Shown piece after piece: positions 51,317-63,147 of a DNA stretch of 64,000 nucleotides. The stretch is from Microcoleus sp. (lineage in GTDB: Bacteria; Cyanobacteriota; Cyanobacteriia; Cyanobacteriales; Microcoleaceae): the NCBI GenBank assembly GCA_042408215.1, contig JAYFMW010000017.1, positions 512,001 to 576,000 of the forward strand, read 5' to 3'. The stretch's first letter is position 1. Each line of letters begins with the position of its first letter. The notes under the pieces are model-generated. The model saw nothing but the letters and a program-made list of their open reading frames with translations. It ran no database searches and was not told the DNA's origin. Made by a program: the position numbers and the translations under genes.

Positions 51317-52444
51317 ATGGAAACTAAACCGTATCTTATCTTTGAACAGAACGGTTTTCTCTACGGTGTAGAAGCCTACTGTGTTCGGGAAATTTTCTTT
51401 CTGCCAGAGTTGACAGCAATTGCAGAAGCGCCTCAAGATATTGTTGGGGCGATCGACCTTCGGGGCGAAATTCTGCCCGTGATGGATCTGAATCTCCGTT
51501 TTGGATACGTTTGGCAGGAGTATTCTGTAACAGATAGTGCGATCGTCATAGAGTGGGAAGCATGGAAAGTGGGTATGATTGTCAATGAAGTTCGCGAAGT
51601 TAAGGAACTCTCAGAAGATGCCATCACTCCGCAGTTATCTTACGGGCGAGAGGATTCAGCAGCCTCTCATCATTTTGTAGCTGGATTAGCCCGCTGCGAA
51701 GCCGATATTGTCATGCTGCTGAATCTCGATCGCCTAATTCGATATTCTCCCGAAAAATCCGAGGAAAGCTTGCCTGTTTATCCAAGCGATGCAGGTAGTG
51801 AAGAAACAGCAGGTGAGGCAGAGACGGAAAATTTGCCTGGGCAAATAAATGCAAAATTGTTAGGCAAAAATCCTAAACTTTTGAGCAAGCGTCACGTTTT
51901 TTGCCCGCAGGCTACGCCGGAAGAAAAGGCAATTTTTCAATCGCGGGCGAAGAATTTGAGGCCGCAAGGCGAGGCGGAAAATTCTGCTGCTAATATGTCC
52001 CTGGCGGTGTTTGCTTTGAATGGCGAATACTTTGGTATTCATCTAGATCTAGTGCGCGAATTTACTGACATTAGCCAAGTAACTCCGGTTCCTTGCACTC
52101 CCGATCGCATAGTTGGAAATATGAATTTACGGGGAGAAATTGTGACGCTAGTTGATATTCGCAATGTTTTAAATATGTCTTTAAATATGTCGGGGGCTGC
52201 AAATAATCTCTCTCAGGCGATCGTTGTTGAAGTTGCGGATTTGGTCACTGGTATAGTTGTTGACGAAATATTAGATATTATATACTTAAGTGTTTCGGAA
52301 ATTGCGGCTGTTCCGGCTGCACTGCATTCTGCCAACCGCGAATATCTACGGGGGACAGCTCTTTACGGGGAAAAAATGATGGCTATTCTAAACTTGCAAA
52401 AACTGCTGACAAAAGGAGGAGTAGTTGTTGATGAGGAGGTTTGA
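51317..52444 (+). CDS. cheW: CheW with two CheW domains
   Basis: G.IDLRGEILPVMDL and GNMNLRGEIVTLVDI. Confidence 0.92.
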   Translation: METKPYLIFEQNGFLYGVEAYCVREIFFLPELTAIAEAPQDIVGAIDLRGEILPVMDLNLRFGYVWQEYSVTDSAIVIEWEAWKVGMIVNEVREVKELSEDAITPQLSYGREDSAASHHFVAGLARCEADIVMLLNLDRLIRYSPEKSEESLPVYPSDAGSEETAGEAETENLPGQINAKLLGKNPKLLSKRHVFCPQATPEEKAIFQSRAKNLRPQGEAENSAANMSLAVFALNGEYFGIHLDLVREFTDISQVTPVPCTPDRIVGNMNLRGEIVTLVDIRNVLNMSLNMSGAANNLSQAIVVEVADLVTGIVVDEILDIIYLSVSEIAAVPAALHSANREYLRGTALYGEKMMAILNLQKLLTKGGVVVDEEV

Positions 52445-52852
52445 ATCAACAAGTTATATCAATTCCGGTTACACTCTTGGAGATGATTGTTGACGGTTGA
52501 CCAATAATTTCAAAGGTGGTACAAGCCCCCGGATTTATCCGTGGAATCAATCCAAAATCCCAAATCTAAAATCCTCAAGCCCCCGCATTTATACGTGGGG
52601 TAAATCTAAAATCTAAAATCTAAAATCTAAAATCGATTGACGGTCGGAGGTTGACAGTTGACAGTTGACGATTGACAGTGAGTCTAAAAACTGAAAATTG
52701 CGCTTGATATATCGAAGATACATATGGTTACCACTTGACTCGACTTTACCAGGACGATGCTAGCAGATTTTAGCTTATACCAAATCCGCTTTTCAAGATA
52801 TCTTTGACTAAGGAATCTAATTCGTGCACTTGCTAAAAATAAGGAGAAAAAT

Positions 52853-54313
52853 ATGTTTGCTAAGTTAATAAAATTAAATATTAGAAATAGAATGCTGCTT
52901 GCCTATGTAGCGCCAGCAGCTATCTACTTAGGTTTTCCTGTGCTAGTTTATACAACCACTAATCAGGTGTTGAATAATTTTCAAGAAGTAGAAAGGATCG
53001 AAAATGTGATCAGAAAAACCAATGATATGTCCGCAGGTGCTGAGCAAATGGTACGGGGGATGCGCGGGTATTTAATTAATAAAAATCCGCTGTTTTTAAA
53101 GGATTTTCAAAAAGGTGGAGAATTAGCTCGCCAGTCGGCTGATAGTGTGGAGTTGATCGTCGAAAATTCTGAACAGAGAATGCGTTTAGAGAGGATGCTA
53201 GCTCTCTGCGACGAATATTATGAGAGTTCTAACGAAATAGTTCGTTTATTACAACAAAATAAGAGAGCGGAAGCCTTGGCTATATTTAACACAGGAAAAC
53301 AGACAAAATTTGTGGATGAATTTGTGAAAGTGAATCAGCAATTTCGCGATTTAGAAGTAAAATCGATTAAGCAAGCCACAGAAAAAACGAAGGAATCTTT
53401 AGTTTTCTTGATATCGTCGTTGGTATTTGGTTCCGTGTTTTTATTACTGTTAGGTGCGCTTCTAGCTTGGCTGATTTCGTCAGGAATTGCCGAAACTATC
53501 GATCGGGCAGTTAGCTCGATCGCAAGTTCTTCCACTGAGATTGCAGCCACCGTCGAAGAACAGGAACGTATGGCAAGTCAGCAAGCAGCTTCAGTCAATC
53601 AAACTACTACTACAATGGACGAATTGGGAGCATCTTCAAGGGCGACAGCACAGCAGATAGAAACAGCCGTGATTCAAGCAATGCAAGCTTTGAATTTAGC
53701 TGGAGGCGGCACAAAAGCTGTAGAACAAACTTTAGAAGCAATGGCAACTCTGAAAACTAAAGTTCAGGATATGCAAGGACAAATTATGCAGTTGAGCGAA
53801 CAAACCGATCGCATTGGTAATATCTCAACTTTAGTTAGCGATTTGGCCAATCAAACTAATATGTTAGCACTCAATGCTGCTGTTGAAGCAGTGCGGGCGG
53901 GGGAACACGGCAAGGGGTTTGGCGTTGTGGCGTCAGAAATTCGCAAACTTGCCGATCGCAGTAAAAAATCAGGAACACAAATTAATCTATTAGTTGCTGA
54001 TATTCAAAGGGCGATTAACTCAACGGTAATGGTCACAGACGAAGGGACTAAAACTGTGGAAGCGGGCGTGAATATTGCCTCAGAAACCGCAGCCGCATTT
54101 GCAGGGGTTGCCAATGCAATTAACAATGTGGTTTTGAACTCTCAGCAAATTTCGCTGAATGCCAAACAGCAAACGATCGCGATCGAACAGGTAGTGCAAG
54201 CTATGAACTCCCTCAATCAAGCCGCAGCCCAAACAGCTTGCGGTATCAGTCAAACTAAAGTCGGCACTCAAAAATTGAATGAAGCAGCCTTAGATTTGAA
54301 AGCAATTTTGTAG
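52853..54313 (+). CDS. Methyl-accepting chemotaxis protein, CHASE3-like sensor
   Basis: RGMRGYLI sensor motif; [23 protein letters not shown] hairpin tip. Confidence 0.92.
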   Translation: MFAKLIKLNIRNRMLLAYVAPAAIYLGFPVLVYTTTNQVLNNFQEVERIENVIRKTNDMSAGAEQMVRGMRGYLINKNPLFLKDFQKGGELARQSADSVELIVENSEQRMRLERMLALCDEYYESSNEIVRLLQQNKRAEALAIFNTGKQTKFVDEFVKVNQQFRDLEVKSIKQATEKTKESLVFLISSLVFGSVFLLLLGALLAWLISSGIAETIDRAVSSIASSSTEIAATVEEQERMASQQAASVNQTTTTMDELGASSRATAQQIETAVIQAMQALNLAGGGTKAVEQTLEAMATLKTKVQDMQGQIMQLSEQTDRIGNISTLVSDLANQTNMLALNAAVEAVRAGEHGKGFGVVASEIRKLADRSKKSGTQINLLVADIQRAINSTVMVTDEGTKTVEAGVNIASETAAAFAGVANAINNVVLNSQQISLNAKQQTIAIEQVVQAMNSLNQAAAQTACGISQTKVGTQKLNEAALDLKAIL

Positions 54314-54442
54314 GATATTTAGTCCTGGAGGCACTAATAACCTAATTATGTCATTCTGAGGGAACCGAAGCATCTCAAACCCTTGCCACACAGTTATAAT
54401 GCGTAAGTCCTGATATTTATGAATTAGGAGTAGTCAAAAAAA

Positions 54443-55009
54443 ATGCCAAATATATCCTTAAGAATTAAAGCGATTGCTTTGGCGATCGACCAAGGTACAA
54501 TTCCAGCGATCTTAACAGGATCAATAACTTTTTTTTACCAATCAGAACCTAACTAGCTATGCAATTAAATATCAAGCAGCGCGGGCGATATCGCCGATTA
54601 TTCCTCACAGATTGCTGTCACCGTCAGCAAGAAACCCTCGCCAGCCAACAACTATACAATGTCGAGGGAACTGCTACTACAATGGATGAATTGGGAGAAT
54701 CAAGCAGGGCTTGTACCTCGCAAGCAGAAGCCGCTGATTTCGGAGCCAAACTGGCTCTTGCGCTCACCGCAGGAAGCCGTCAAGCACTAGACAATACCCT
54801 GAAAGCAATGGTAACTTTGACACAAATCGCATTGTTTTGAACAAATTTATTTGACTGCGAGAAACCAGGCGATCGCGATTCAGGATGTAGTTGAAGCAGT
54901 GAACTCTCTCAACCTAGCCGCTCAGGAAAATGCCACCAGCATTTCTCAAGTCAAACTCGGCATCGAACAGCTTAACCAAGTCGCCCAAAATCTCAAATCA
55001 GCAGTGTAG
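54443..55009 (+). pseudogene. Heavily deleted MCP relic
   Basis: AGGAG SD and MPNISLRIKAIALAI start, a TATTMDELGESSR block and a C-terminal ISQVKLGIEQLNQVAQNLKSAV block; sensor and hairpin tip missing. Confidence 0.75.
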
Positions 55010-55058
55010 TCAGTTGTCAGTAGGCGGTAGTTGTCAGTAGGCCGTTGTCAATAGTTAA

Positions 55059-55226
55059 ATTCCCAATTCCCAATTCCCCATTCCCCATTCCCAATTCCCA
55101 ATTCCCAATTCCCCATTCCCAATTCCCCATTCCCCATTCCCCATTCCCAATTCCCCATTCCCCATTCCCCATTCCCCATTCCCCATTCCCCATTCCCCAT
55201 TCCCAATTCCCCATTCCCCATTCCCA
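55059..55226. repeat. STRR (ATTCCCM)n abutting the MCP start
   Basis: Tandem heptamers. Confidence 0.9.
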
Positions 55227-57110
55227 ATGATTAACAAATTTCTCAAAAAAATGCAGCACCGACTGCTGCTGCTCCTAATTTTAAGTACCTTGATTCCAGT
55301 ATCTATTGTTGGTTGGTATGGAATTTCTTCTTCCACAGCAGCACTGCAAAATTTAGCATTAATAACTCTTAGTGACAGTGTTAATTCCAGCGCCAATCAA
55401 ATGATTAACAAGTTTGAAAATCTGAGAGCAGATGTTTTGTTTCTCCGCAAAACTCCCCCGGTTCAGGGAATGATTAGAGCTAGAGAAGGAAATGGAGTAG
55501 ACACAAAAACTAATTCAAGTTATCAAGATTGGGTTTATCGAATGCAACTCACATTTTCATCCATGATGGAAGCCAAGCCATATTATATGCAATTGCGTTA
55601 CATAGATAACAAAGGTAAGGAGATCGTGCGCGTAGATTCTGACGGCACAAATATCAAACTTATTCCAGATTCTCAACTAGAAAATAAAGCAGACAGAGAT
55701 TACTTTCTGGCAACTATGAAGCTAAAACCAGGAGAAGTCTATGTGTCTTCATTAAATCTGAATCAGGAAAGCGGGAAAATAGAAATTCCTTACAAGCCAA
55801 CAATTCGCTACGCAACTCCAATTTTTAATACCAAAGGAGAAAGACAAGGCATGGTGATTACCAATGCTCTGGGTAGCACTCTGATCGATATGGTTAAAAA
55901 TTTCAATCCTGAACTATCAGACCAATCTTTTATCTTAAATCAAGATGGGTATTATCTGGCTCATCCCAATCCTAAAAAACCCTGGGGATTGGAACTGAAA
56001 ACTAACGAAAATGTCAAAAATGATTATTCAGCAGACATAGTTGCTAAAATACTCTCCCGTGGTAAAGGAAATATTGACAATAGGGATCTAGTGATTAGCT
56101 ATCATACAGTTTTTCCCAGCAAACAAAATACAAATAAATTTTTAGTAATTGTGGATACTTCACCCAAAAGTTTGCTATTTTCTTCGATCGATTCTCTCCA
56201 GAAAATTGCTGCGCTTATTGCTATTGTTTCCCTGGCTGTGGTGCTGGGATTCGGATGGTTTTTTCTGCAACAAATTGTAGCTCTCATTCGGGGATTGATC
56301 TACCAAATATCGTCATTTTCAATGCAAATAGAATCTAATATGAACCGGCAAGAGCAAATAGCCGATCGGCAATTTCTCTCAGTCAATCAAACAACTATAA
56401 CTCTAGACAATTTGGGCAGATCTTCTCAGCAAACAGCCGAGCAAGCTGAGGCTGTTGCATCTGCCGCTCGCCAAGCTTTAATTCTCGCCGAAGAAGGGAC
56501 TCAAATGGTAGAGCAAACTCTCAATCAAATGCTGAATCTTAGAGAAGCTGTGGTGGCAATTTCTAAGCAAAATCATCGACTCGACGACAGCACAAGTCAG
56601 ATTGGCAATATCTCGACTCTCGCAAGTTTGGTTAGCGATTTAGCCAGCCAAACCAATATGCTGGCTCTCAACGCCGCTGTCGAAGCAGTCAGAGCCGGCG
56701 AGTACGGTAAAGGTTTTGCGGTGGTAGCAAGCGAAATTCGTAAGTTAGCAGATGAAAGCCAACAAGCAGCGCAAAAGATTAATGGTATTATTCCAGAAAT
56801 TAAGGGCGCGATCGACTCGACGGTGAAAGCAACAGAAGATAGTCGCAAAACGGTTGCAGCAGGAGTGAAAACAGCACGAGATACGGCAGAAGCTTTTACG
56901 GGTGTGAGGGAAGCTTGCAATCTGGTGTTTGGGAGCAACCAGCAAATTTCTTTTAATATTAAACAGCAGGCGATCGCGATTCAGCAAGTAGGTGATGCCA
57001 TGAGTTCTCTGAAGGAATCCGCGTCTCAAACAGTCAGCGGCATTACTCAAGTTAAAATCGGTACTCAAAAACTCACAGAAGCTGCATTTAATCTCAAGTC
57101 TGTAGTGTAG
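55227..57110 (+). CDS. Methyl-accepting chemotaxis protein with dCache-like sensor
   Basis: [16 protein letters not shown] and [21 protein letters not shown]. Confidence 0.92.
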   Translation: MINKFLKKMQHRLLLLLILSTLIPVSIVGWYGISSSTAALQNLALITLSDSVNSSANQMINKFENLRADVLFLRKTPPVQGMIRAREGNGVDTKTNSSYQDWVYRMQLTFSSMMEAKPYYMQLRYIDNKGKEIVRVDSDGTNIKLIPDSQLENKADRDYFLATMKLKPGEVYVSSLNLNQESGKIEIPYKPTIRYATPIFNTKGERQGMVITNALGSTLIDMVKNFNPELSDQSFILNQDGYYLAHPNPKKPWGLELKTNENVKNDYSADIVAKILSRGKGNIDNRDLVISYHTVFPSKQNTNKFLVIVDTSPKSLLFSSIDSLQKIAALIAIVSLAVVLGFGWFFLQQIVALIRGLIYQISSFSMQIESNMNRQEQIADRQFLSVNQTTITLDNLGRSSQQTAEQAEAVASAARQALILAEEGTQMVEQTLNQMLNLREAVVAISKQNHRLDDSTSQIGNISTLASLVSDLASQTNMLALNAAVEAVRAGEYGKGFAVVASEIRKLADESQQAAQKINGIIPEIKGAIDSTVKATEDSRKTVAAGVKTARDTAEAFTGVREACNLVFGSNQQISFNIKQQAIAIQQVGDAMSSLKESASQTVSGITQVKIGTQKLTEAAFNLKSVV

Positions 57111-57189
57111 TCATTAGTCAGTTAGTCATTAGTCATTAGTCATTAGTCATTAGTCATTAGTCATTAGTCATTAGTCATTAGTCATTAGC
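57108..57189. repeat. STRR (TAGTCAT)n
   Basis: Tandem heptamers. Confidence 0.9.
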
Positions 57190-57269
57190 AATCGACTGAG
57201 TATTCAACATAATTATCATTACCAATTACCCATGAGCCATGCTCGCCAACCTATTACTCAATAACATAT

Positions 57270-59768
57270 ATGATGATTGAAGATCGAGAACTTCGAGATG
57301 TATTTAAAGTCGCTAGTCAAGAACACTTACAGAAACTCGACGACGGATTGCTGTACTTGGAACAACACCCAAGCGACTTAGCTAAGTTAGAAGAATTGTT
57401 GCGGGCTACCCATTCTCTTAAAGGTGATGCTGGGATGCTGGGAGTAAAAAATGTAGCATCTTTAGCTCATCAAATGGAGCATATTTTGGGAGGTGTCAAG
57501 CGGGGAGAAACTCAACTGAATTCAGAGCTTAGCGATCGACTTTCGCAAGGTTTAGATGCCATGCGCCAACTCGTTAATGAAGCCGTCACCGGCGAAGATT
57601 CCGGCGTTAATACATTTTACATCCTCGCTAGTATGATGGGTGCTTCTAGTGAGCCACAGCCACAGGCTGCCGCCCTAATAGTAGAGCCATCATCTTCACA
57701 AGTACCAGAACAACCGTTGTTAGAACCGCAATTTACTGCTCCTCCTACCCAAGAACCAGAAACAAATGTTGAAACTTCAGAAGTCGTTAACTTCGAGAAG
57801 AATTCCTCTTTTTTACCCCTACAATCCGAGCCAGAAATTCTCCTGCAAGCTCAAAACTTGCCTACCCCTTCTGGGCCCGCCACTCCGTCGGTTTCCCAGT
57901 CCGCTGTTACTGCATCCTCTACCTCATCTTACCGCATTGAAACCATTCGCGTTGCCACCCAAAATTTAGATGATTTAATGACTCAAGCAGGGGAACTTAC
58001 TGTCACAAAAACTCGGCTAGGACACCGAGTTGCAGATCTCGAAGAAATTACAACTTTGTGGGAAGAGTGGAGCCGAGAATCTGTTGTAAATAGCTTGAAT
58101 TTTCAGCAGATGCAAATAGGTGAAAATGGTATTAAAGCCAACGGTAAATTGATGCAATTGCAGGATTACTGTCAGCGTACAGAAGAACGTTTAGAACGTC
58201 TCGGAACTTTAGTCAACCGCTTGAGAAATCGAGTTTATGAAGATACTGCCAGACTCGAATTAATCGCCGAGGCATTAGCATCAGGAATTCGCACTCTGAG
58301 ACTGCTGCCTTTGTCTACTATTTTTAATTTATTTCCTCGAACTGTACGAGACTTAGCGAAACGGGAAGGTAAAGAAGTAGCCTTAGTGATTGAAGGAGGC
58401 GAAACTACAGCAGATAAACGCATTTTAGAGGAAATGAAAGACCCTTTAATGCACATGATTCGGAATGCGATCGACCACGGTATTGAAACTGTTGGAGAGC
58501 GGGAAAAACTAGGCAAACCTCCCGTGGCGACTCTCCGAATTAAAGGCTATAATATGGCCAGCAATATTATTATTGAAGTGGCTGATGATGGCTGGGGATT
58601 AAATCTAGATCGCATTAAAGAAACGGCTGTAAAACGTAATGTTTGTACGCTAGAAGAACTGGCAGAAATGACAGATAATCAAGTGCAATCTCTGATTTTT
58701 ACTCCTGGTTTTACGACCAAAACATTTGTGACCGAAGTCTCTGGGCGCGGGGTGGGTTTAGATGTAGTTCGCACTAATGTTGAAGCCCTAAAAGGTAGTA
58801 TTCAAGTAGAGTCTTTACCGGGAATAGGATGCACTTTTCGGCTGCAAATCAGCACGTCTTTAGCTACAGCTAATGTATTAATTGTAGTAGTTGAAGACAT
58901 TGCTTATGCTCTGCCAGTCGAGTTTGTAGAGACGGCAAAACTGGTGTCTCAGTCTGATATCTTTGCTATAGAAGGTAAGGAAACTATACTTTCAAACGGT
59001 CAGCCTCTGTCAGTTGCTCATCTGACAGATTTACTAGAATTAAACAATAGAGAATGGCTGCCAAAAAATCGGGAGTCGAGCCAGGAAAATGGGAGCGAAA
59101 TTAAGAGAAAAAATCAGGAAAAATTCCTAAGTTCAAGTTATTCAAAAATGCCTTGTATTGTTGTGAAAGTCGGGGAGGAAAGATTGGGATTATTTGTAGA
59201 TGCTTTGATAGACCAACAGGATGTGGTGATTAAACCTCAAAGTCAATTGCTGAAACGGGTGCGAAATGTTTCCGGTGCAACAATTCTCGGTACTGGGGAA
59301 GTTTGTATGGTACTGAATCCCCAGGATTTGATAAAATCTGTACGCAAGCAAGTTTTGTCGCGTACTGTTTCTGGTTCGCGATCGCCAATTGAGACGGCCA
59401 GCCGAAAACAAGTTATACTCTTAGTAGAAGACTCGATCGCCACGCGCACTCAAGAAAAGCGCATCCTGGAAGGTGCGGGTTACGATGTTGTGACAGCGGT
59501 AGATGGATTGGATGCTTTCCATAAATTGAAAACTCGCGATTTTGATGCCGTGATTTCTGACGTGCAAATGCCAAATTTAGACGGTTTGGCGCTGACTGTT
59601 AAGATTCGGGAGCAAAAAGAATACAGTGAGTTGCCGATAATTTTAGTGACATCTTTGGCTTCGGATGAAGATAGAAAAAGAGGGGCTGATGCCGGGGCAA
59701 ATGCTTATATTACTAAAGGTACTTTCAATCAAGATGTGCTGGTAGAGACATTGAAAAGGTTAGTTTAG
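57270..59768 (+). CDS. cheA: Hybrid CheA histidine kinase (Hpt-HATPase-CheW-REC)
   Basis: THSLKG, HMIRNAIDHG, SGRGVGLDVV and a C-terminal receiver domain. Confidence 0.95.
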   Translation: MMIEDRELRDVFKVASQEHLQKLDDGLLYLEQHPSDLAKLEELLRATHSLKGDAGMLGVKNVASLAHQMEHILGGVKRGETQLNSELSDRLSQGLDAMRQLVNEAVTGEDSGVNTFYILASMMGASSEPQPQAAALIVEPSSSQVPEQPLLEPQFTAPPTQEPETNVETSEVVNFEKNSSFLPLQSEPEILLQAQNLPTPSGPATPSVSQSAVTASSTSSYRIETIRVATQNLDDLMTQAGELTVTKTRLGHRVADLEEITTLWEEWSRESVVNSLNFQQMQIGENGIKANGKLMQLQDYCQRTEERLERLGTLVNRLRNRVYEDTARLELIAEALASGIRTLRLLPLSTIFNLFPRTVRDLAKREGKEVALVIEGGETTADKRILEEMKDPLMHMIRNAIDHGIETVGEREKLGKPPVATLRIKGYNMASNIIIEVADDGWGLNLDRIKETAVKRNVCTLEELAEMTDNQVQSLIFTPGFTTKTFVTEVSGRGVGLDVVRTNVEALKGSIQVESLPGIGCTFRLQISTSLATANVLIVVVEDIAYALPVEFVETAKLVSQSDIFAIEGKETILSNGQPLSVAHLTDLLELNNREWLPKNRESSQENGSEIKRKNQEKFLSSSYSKMPCIVVKVGEERLGLFVDALIDQQDVVIKPQSQLLKRVRNVSGATILGTGEVCMVLNPQDLIKSVRKQVLSRTVSGSRSPIETASRKQVILLVEDSIATRTQEKRILEGAGYDVVTAVDGLDAFHKLKTRDFDAVISDVQMPNLDGLALTVKIREQKEYSELPIILVTSLASDEDRKRGADAGANAYITKGTFNQDVLVETLKRLV

Positions 59769-59908
59769 TCAGTAGTCAGTAGTCCTTAGTCAGTAGTCCT
59801 TAGTCAGTAGTCAGTAGTCAACAGTCAATAGTCAACAGTCAACAGTTAACAGTTAACAGTTAACAGTCAACAATGCCCCATTCCCAATTCCCCATTCCCC
59901 ATTCCCAA
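59766..59908. repeat. Mixed STRR arrays
   Basis: TAGTCAG, AACAGTY and ATTCCCM heptamers. Confidence 0.85.
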
Positions 59909-59916
59909 TCAAACTG

Positions 59917-61002
59917 ATGTTATCGCCCATTAAAGTATTGTTAGTTGAAGATTCTCCAGTAGTTACGATCGTCCTCAAACGAATTTTTGATTCCTCGCCA
60001 GAAATCCAAGTTGTAGGAACCGCTTGCAACGGATTAGAAGCACTAGAATTAATCCCGAAACTTCAGCCAGATGTCATCTGTACGGATTTGAACATGGCAC
60101 CAATGAACGGGTTAGAATTCACGCAAAAAGTAATGAAGAAATATCCGCTACCAATTTTAGTAATTAGTGCTTCAGTGCAAGCAAATGATACTCAGAATGT
60201 ATTTCAAGTGTTAAAAGCAGGTGCAGTGGATGTTTTTCCGAAACCGATTGGCGGGTTGGTATCAGATTACGAGAGCCTGGCGAATGAATTAATCGCTAAA
60301 ATTAAAATACTCTCAGGAGTTAAAGTATTTACACGGCATCAAAAAAGGGTGCAAACAGAAGATAATCACAAAATTGTAAAAATTAACCAAGTACCAGTTC
60401 CTCATTACAAATTCTCCAAGGAAAATGTTAAATCTCCAACTATTAAAGTATTGGCGATCGGGGCTTCGACAGGGGGGCCGCAAGCACTGCACGCGATTAT
60501 TTCTAAGCTTCCGGCTAATTTTCCAGTGCCTGTAATTTGCGTTCAGCACATCAGTGAAGGTTTTTTGCAAGGATTAGTTGATTGGCTGGGTTATGAATCG
60601 AAACTGCCTGTTAAGATAGCTTCTTTTGGGGAATTGCCACAAGCTGGTATTGTTTATTTTCCGCCAGAAAAACGTCATTTAGAATTGGACTCTAAAGGGC
60701 GATTTGTTTATTCAGAAGCTGCTCATGTCGCGGGACACTGCCCTTCTGTAACGGTGACATTTAAGTCGGTAGCTAATTTTTATAGTCGGGCGGCAGCGGG
60801 GGTTTTGCTGACAGGAATGGGTAGAGATGGTGCTGACGGAATGTTGGCGATCGCCCAACTTGGCGGTTTGACAATCGCCCAAGACGAAGCTAGCTGCATT
60901 GTCTTCGGAATGCCCAAGGAGGCGATCGCCCTCGGTGCCGCCCAATATGTTCTACCCGTCAGTGCGATCGCTCCCCTACTCCTGGCTAAATTAAAAATTT
61001 AG
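59917..61002 (+). CDS. cheB: Chemotaxis methylesterase CheB
   Basis: REC domain plus IGASTGGP, VQH and LTGMGRDG. Confidence 0.95.
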   Translation: MLSPIKVLLVEDSPVVTIVLKRIFDSSPEIQVVGTACNGLEALELIPKLQPDVICTDLNMAPMNGLEFTQKVMKKYPLPILVISASVQANDTQNVFQVLKAGAVDVFPKPIGGLVSDYESLANELIAKIKILSGVKVFTRHQKRVQTEDNHKIVKINQVPVPHYKFSKENVKSPTIKVLAIGASTGGPQALHAIISKLPANFPVPVICVQHISEGFLQGLVDWLGYESKLPVKIASFGELPQAGIVYFPPEKRHLELDSKGRFVYSEAAHVAGHCPSVTVTFKSVANFYSRAAAGVLLTGMGRDGADGMLAIAQLGGLTIAQDEASCIVFGMPKEAIALGAAQYVLPVSAIAPLLLAKLKI

Positions 61003-61137
61003 GACTTAGGTCACAAACAGTTTTGAGTTTTGAGTTTGCTTAGTGACTCCCCAGGCGTAGCGCCGTGAGTGAATTAAACAGTTAAAAACTTTTTAGCTGA
61101 TTAATTACTCAAAACTGAACTCTTTTTCTAAGTCCGA

Positions 61138-61524
61138 TTATTTAATTTTGATAAACTTACCAATTACCTCGCGCAACTTATCAGCATCAAATGGCTTAGT
61201 TAAATACTCCGTTGCTCCCGCCAAACGCCCTTGTACTTTATCAAAAGCTCCATCTCGCGCTGTCAGCATCACGATCGGCAAGTTGTGAAACTGAGGCAAA
61301 CTGCGTACTGTGCGGCAGAGCTCCAATCCATCAATACCGGGCATCGAAACATCCAGCAGTAAAACCGCAACTTGTTCGTGATAAATCGTTGACAAAGCAT
61401 CTACTGCATTGTCAGTCACCAGCACCCTAAACTCTTTGCTTAAAGCCTGTTTAACAAGTTCTTGCATCACGACGCTATCATCGACTGCCAGAATAGTTGG
61501 TACTTGACTGCTACTTGCAGACAT
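61138..61524 (-). CDS. Single-domain CheY-like response regulator
   Basis: AVDDS, LLDVSMPGIDG, MLT and YLTKPF. Confidence 0.92.
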   Translation of the reverse strand: MSASSSQVPTILAVDDSVVMQELVKQALSKEFRVLVTDNAVDALSTIYHEQVAVLLLDVSMPGIDGLELCRTVRSLPQFHNLPIVMLTARDGAFDKVQGRLAGATEYLTKPFDADKLREVIGKFIKIK

Positions 61525-61603
61525 ATTCTTCTCTCCGGTCTATTTATAGTTCTTGAAAATAGGGAATAGAATTTTATTCCTCAATTTGTGCAATAATTGC
61601 AAA

Positions 61604-62211
61604 CCGCTCTGTAAAACCTATGCAAATCCTTAACAGGGTTAACTGAACAGGCTGGCTGTTTACTGCTTGCTTCAACGTAGTCTCAAAATGACTCTTGAGA
61701 GGTTTGTCTACTCCACAAGCTTTTCGAGGCTCTTCTTGCCGTTTGATCCGAACGCATCGGAATATAAATTCCTTCAAACCATCCTTCGATATTCTTGGCC
61801 GCATTTAAGTCTCTGTCTTCGGTGTGTCCACAATCAGGGCATACATAGACTCGATCTTTAAGGGGCATCTTATGTCTGTGATTGCCAATTGTAACAGCAA
61901 GTTTTGAGAACTCGAGAACATCCGAGCGATGGAGACAAGCTGACTAGAAAACTTTTCACTCTTGTACTCAAGCTGCCTTCTGAATTCGTACATCCCACAG
62001 TCCGCTGCGCCAGCTAATTTATGATTCTTCAGAAATGCTTTAATTGACAATTCTTCAATCTTGACAATGCCGTGGTTTTTGGCAAGGTGATGAGTTAACT
62101 TATGGATCGCATTCTTGCGAATATTGGCAACTATGGCATGAAGTTTCCCTAATTTAGACACAGCTTTAGCGCGATTCTTGGAACTTTTAACTTTTTTACT
62201 GACACCACGTT
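61604..62211 (-). pseudogene. tnpB: Outer TnpB element: frameshifted tnpB 3' half plus right end, paralog of 1..401
   Basis: CGMYEFRRQLEYK and MPLKDRVYVCPDCGHTEDRDLNAAKNI lie in different frames; ends ...ACAGAGCGG at 61604. Confidence 0.85.
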
Positions 62212-63075
62212 TTGACATACTCCCCACCGATGAATCGGGGGGATTCTAATTCATGACTCATTGAAGTCCACTTGCTACTTCAGGTTTCCCATCGATAGTA
62301 GAGGCGGTCTTCTCCTCATGCTTTCCCTCTTGCGAGGCAGATTCCTTTTTCCCAAATGTACTGTTTTGCCACTCCATCCCTAGCATCTTCATGCCCTTTT
62401 TGAGGATATTAATAGCCGCATTTGTATCACGACAAATCTCTATTCCACAGTGAGAACATGAATGAGTTCTGGTACTGAGTGACTTGGATACTCGATGACC
62501 ACAATTAGAACAATCTTGAGATGTGTAGTTAGGCGAAACTGCCACAACTGCCTTGTCCAAAATTTTTCCGTAGTAGTCCGACCATTGAGTGAATTGATAC
62601 CAACTAGCGTCGGAAATTGACCTAGCCAAGTGATGATTCTTGACCCTAGTCGCAATCTGCAAATCTTCATACACCACGAGATCGTTTGAGAACACTACGT
62701 TTCGGGCTTGCTGAATCGCCCAATCTTTCCGCTGGCGTTGAATTTTGAGATGAACTCTACCTAGTCTTTTTCGAGCTTTGTGATAGTTGTTTGACTGAGG
62801 TTTTGCACCTTTGACAAACTTTTTACTCAACCGTCGTTGCGCTTTTTTTAATTTGCGTTCTGACTTTCTGAGGACTTGGGGATAGATAACAGCATTGTCG
62901 TTTTGGTCTTTGGTGAAATATTTCAACCCTAGGTCCAAACCAACAACATTGCCTGTGTACACTCCTCCCTCTTTGCGTGTGGCATCAAAGCAAAATTGGG
63001 CATAATACCCGTCTGCTCTTTTGATCGCTCCCACAGGGTTGATTTTCAATGTGTGCAGATCTGCCCGCGTTTCAT
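62212..63075 (-). mobile_element. tnpB: IS200/IS605 TnpB element (3' portion; CDS stop at 62258), interrupted at 63075
   Basis: KRADGYY, GLDLG, VYEDL, CSNC..CSHC and RDTNAAINI; right-end hairpin GAATCCCCCCGATTCATCGGTGGGGAG followed by TCAA. Confidence 0.88.
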
Positions 63076-63147
63076 CTGTCTTCCCCCTTGGAGACTCCCA
63101 CTGTACCTGTACCCAGGTCAGTGGCGAGAGGAAAAGGGGGGCAAGGT
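63076..63147 (-). mobile_element. Terminal hairpin of the IscB element
   Basis: CCACTG-ACCT-GGGTAC-AGGT-A-CAGTGG after the iscB stop, followed by ATGAA. Confidence 0.65.

Noticed and set aside
52524..52602. IS605 element between cheW and the MCP gene
   Set aside because: Only short IS605-end-like palindromes (AAGCCCCC.ATTTAT.CGTGG) mixed with AAAATCT heptamers; no transposase or nuclease remnant.
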